From: Candidatus Methylomirabilis sp.
Lineage (GTDB): Bacteria > Methylomirabilota > Methylomirabilia > Methylomirabilales > Methylomirabilaceae
Assembly: GCA_041498975.1 (NCBI GenBank)
Contig: JBGQJI010000020.1
Location: 1 to 28,153, forward strand
Length of the DNA: 28,153 nt
Direction of reading: 5' to 3'
The notes beneath the pieces are model-generated. The model ran no database searches and had not been told where the DNA came from. It worked only from the letters and a program-made list of their open reading frames with translations. The translations under genes were made by a program, and so were the position numbers. Shown here one piece after another: positions 25,597 to 28,153 of the stretch; the stretch's first letter is position 1, and each line of letters begins with the position of its first letter.

Positions 25597-26157
25597 ATGC
25601 GAAGAGCCCTTCTGACGGCGATCATCATGGTGTTCATGACAGGCCTGGGTAGGCCCGGGCCCGCCACCGCGGGCAAGCTCCAGACGCCCACGGTGGAGTT
25701 GGATCGAGTGGAGGTGGCCAGCTATTTTCCATGGGCGGATAAGCCGACCCGCGTGCCCATGGTGCTGGCTTTCGTATTCAAGATCACGAACCCCAATGAG
25801 TTCACTGTCGCAGTGGAGGATTTCAAGTTCACGTATGGATTCGAGGCCAAACCAGGCGAGTATTTCGACCTCAACACTCCCACGGTGTACGACGTCGTGC
25901 ACATTCCTGGCAAGATGACGAACGACCTGAGGGTCGTGAGCGTGCTGGACTCGATGATCGTTCCAGCGACCCTCGCCGTCAGCGCGGGCGCCCGTGTCCA
26001 GGCCCTCGAGCTGAAGATTCCAGATGTGGTGAAGATGTGGTGGGAGCAGATCGGCGATTTCACCTTCGGGGTCAGGGTAACTGAAGGGGTCGCGTACTTC
26101 ACAAGCAAGCAAGGGGAGAACCTGGCATTCTTTGAGGGGAAGTTCCCGAAAAAATAG
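25597..26157 (+). CDS. Secreted LEA type-2/WHy-like beta-sandwich protein
   Basis: ATG 25597 after a purine-rich GGGGGAGAG. Signal-peptide-like N-terminus; PTVELDRVEV...LAFVFKITNPNEFTV...IPG pattern, with NPN as the WHy/LEA-2 hallmark. Confidence 0.6.
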   Translation: MRRALLTAIIMVFMTGLGRPGPATAGKLQTPTVELDRVEVASYFPWADKPTRVPMVLAFVFKITNPNEFTVAVEDFKFTYGFEAKPGEYFDLNTPTVYDVVHIPGKMTNDLRVVSVLDSMIVPATLAVSAGARVQALELKIPDVVKMWWEQIGDFTFGVRVTEGVAYFTSKQGENLAFFEGKFPKK

Positions 26158-26298
26158 CGCTGGCCCGTCATTCAGGCGGCATCTCAGGAATCGCTCGAGA
26201 GCTTCCGACAATCTGTAGCGTGGCGGCGGAGCGATCACGCGATCGGCTGCATCAGACGTGCAACGGTGCCGTTGGCTCCCCCCCGTGGGGTGGGTGAG

Positions 26299-27585
26299 GT
26301 GGCAAGAGAGTGTATCGATCGGAGCCCGGGCCTTTACGACCCGGCGCTGGAGGCGATGTCGGGGGAGCGGCGGCGCGCCTACCAGACGGAGAGGCTTCGC
26401 GCCACTGTCAAGCACGCCTATGAGCGCTCACCCCACTTCCGGCGTCGCCTGGATGGCGCCGGGCTGACGGCGGATGCCATCAAAGAGATCGAGGACATCG
26501 CCCAGCTTCCCATTCTGAGAAAATCAGCGCTCCCGCAGCTCCAGAAGGAAGACCCGCCATTCGCCGGCATTCTGGCGGTTCCTCTTTCGGAGGTGGGCCG
26601 GATCTACCAATCGCCTGGCCCGATCTATGAGCCCGAGGGCGGGGAGTCCGATTACTGGCGCATGGCCAGGGCGTTCTACGCCGGCGGCTTCCGTGCTCCT
26701 GATGTGGTCCAAGTCACCTTCGCCTACCACTTGACGCCAGGGGGGTGGATCTGCGACGGCGGCCTGAGGGCACTGGGATGTGTCGTGGTCCCTGCAGGCG
26801 TCGGGAATACCGAGGTCCAGGTCCAGCTCCTCCGAGACCTCGGAGTCACGGGATTCGTGGGGACGGCGGCCTTCTTCTCAACCCTGATCACGAAGGCCGA
26901 GGAGATGGGGTATGATGTTGTGCGGGACCTTCGTCTTCAGGTCGTTTCGCTGGGCGGAGCGATGATGGCTCACTCGATGCGGCACATGATGGCTGGCCGC
27001 TATGGGCTGACGATCAGGCAAACCTACGCCATCGGCGATCTGGGCCTCATCGGCTACGAGTGCCAGGAGGCCTCGGGGATGCACATCGCCGACGATCTGT
27101 TGTTGCAGATCCTAAACCCGCAGAGTGGCGGCGAGGCTCCGCTGGGAGAAGCGGGGGAGGTCGTGGTCACGGTCTTTGATCAGGTCTATCCGCTGATCCG
27201 CTTTGGGACTGGCGACCTCTCAGCGGTCACCACAGAGCCCTGTCCGTGCGGGAGGACCTCGGCGCGGCTGACTCGGATCTTGGGGCGCGTGAACGAAGTC
27301 ACGAAGATCAAGGGGATGTTCGTCCATCCGCGACAAGTGGAGGAGGTCGCAGCAGTATTCCCTGATATCCAATGCTGTCAGGTCGTTGTACGCCTCAAAG
27401 GGGCCGATGATGAGATGATCTTCCGGGTGGAGCTGGCGAACGGCATCGAGCAGGAGCCGCTCCTGTCCAGACTGAAGGAGAAGATCAAAGATCTCCTGAA
27501 GGTCAGGGCGATTGTTGAAGCGGTCCCCCCGGGGACAATCGCCGATCGAGCTAAGAAGATCCTCGATGAACGCCGCTGGGACTGA
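26299..27585 (+). CDS. Phenylacetate-CoA ligase-family (PaaK-like) adenylate-forming protein
   Basis: QLPILRKS, TFAYHLTPGG, VVPAGVGNTE, YECQEASGMH, YPLIRFGTGDLS, CPCGRT and GRVNEVTKIKGMFVHP. Start uncertain: GTG 26299 chosen, frame open from 26266. Confidence 0.85.
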   Translation: MARECIDRSPGLYDPALEAMSGERRRAYQTERLRATVKHAYERSPHFRRRLDGAGLTADAIKEIEDIAQLPILRKSALPQLQKEDPPFAGILAVPLSEVGRIYQSPGPIYEPEGGESDYWRMARAFYAGGFRAPDVVQVTFAYHLTPGGWICDGGLRALGCVVVPAGVGNTEVQVQLLRDLGVTGFVGTAAFFSTLITKAEEMGYDVVRDLRLQVVSLGGAMMAHSMRHMMAGRYGLTIRQTYAIGDLGLIGYECQEASGMHIADDLLLQILNPQSGGEAPLGEAGEVVVTVFDQVYPLIRFGTGDLSAVTTEPCPCGRTSARLTRILGRVNEVTKIKGMFVHPRQVEEVAAVFPDIQCCQVVVRLKGADDEMIFRVELANGIEQEPLLSRLKEKIKDLLKVRAIVEAVPPGTIADRAKKILDERRWD

Positions 27586-27736
27586 CCATTAAGAGGGAAG
27601 ATCCTGCCTGCCACACCCACGCTTTATCGTAGAAGCATCACACCGGCCTGGCAGACTGTGCGCGAAACCCCTCAAACTTATCTATTGGGTCTGATACGTG
27701 CGTGAGTCGAAAACAGCTCTGTTTCGTCTAACTTGC

Positions 27737-28153
27737 GTGCCTCGAATCGGATCTCACGAGTCGAGGCCAACGACGCGCAGCAGAAGAGGATTGAGAATTG
27801 CAGTCATTGTCCTTGGAGTCATGCTGCTGCTTTCGTCTTCCGCGTGGGGTGCGCCGCTGGCGCGAGTGGAGGACCTTCCTCATCTCCTGAAGCTCCCGAT
27901 CTTCCAGCCCGGTGAACCAAGCCTTCTCTATGACGATGAAGGGCAGATGTTTGCCCCTATTGTTCCGGAATATCGCGTCTTCGTTCCGCTGTCGAGGATT
28001 CCGCTGAATCTGCGCCAGGCCATCATCGCGGCCGAAGATGCGCGCTTTTATCAGCATGGGGCGATCGATCTTCGAGGAATGGCGAGGGCAACGATCAAGA
28101 ACCTGATGGCCGCCCAAGTCAAGGAAGGGGGCAGCACGATTACCCAGCAGCTC
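27737..28153 (+). CDS. Class A penicillin-binding protein (PBP1A-like), N-terminal transglycosylase part, truncated by window end
   Basis: Not in the ORF track. Hand translation gives a hydrophobic anchor (IAVIVLGVMLLLSSSAWG), then GT51 motifs AEDARFYQHGAID and EGGSTITQQL at the window end. Start uncertain (GTG 27698, GTG 27737 or TTG 27791). Confidence 0.9.
   Translation, partial: MPRIGSHESRPTTRSRRGLRIAVIVLGVMLLLSSSAWGAPLARVEDLPHLLKLPIFQPGEPSLLYDDEGQMFAPIVPEYRVFVPLSRIPLNLRQAIIAAEDARFYQHGAIDLRGMARATIKNLMAAQVKEGGSTITQQL

Overview
GC-rich bacterial chromosomal window. The left end (- strand) is a GldA/GldF/GldG-type ABC transporter operon, with the GldG-like gene truncated by the window edge. 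Divergent from it, a near-consensus sigma70 promoter with a perfect palindromic operator precedes about 24.5 kb of 22 co-directional + strand genes for uptake, CoA activation, B12-dependent rearrangement and oxidation of short/branched carboxylic acids. In order they are: TetR regulator, crotonase, acyl-CoA dehydrogenase 1, EtfB, EtfA, a membrane heme-b/Fe-S/CCG oxidoreductase (FadF/EMO type), a ferritin-like protein, an isobutyryl-CoA-mutase-signature large subunit, its B12-binding small subunit, acyl-CoA dehydrogenase 2 (IGEG motif), MeaB, a two-subunit class I CoA transferase, a very divergent thiolase-fold protein lacking the nucleophilic Cys, a Liv-type ABC transporter with an embedded acyl-CoA ligase, a secreted LEA-2/WHy-like protein and a PaaK-like ligase with a degenerate P-loop. 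The right end is the start of a class A penicillin-binding protein. Several intergenic gaps carry different miniature repeat or palindromic elements. The best candidate for undescribed biology is the Cys-less thiolase-fold protein, in a cluster that has no 3-hydroxyacyl-CoA dehydrogenase, canonical thiolase or biotin carboxylase. All family assignments come from motif recognition by eye; no database searches were run.
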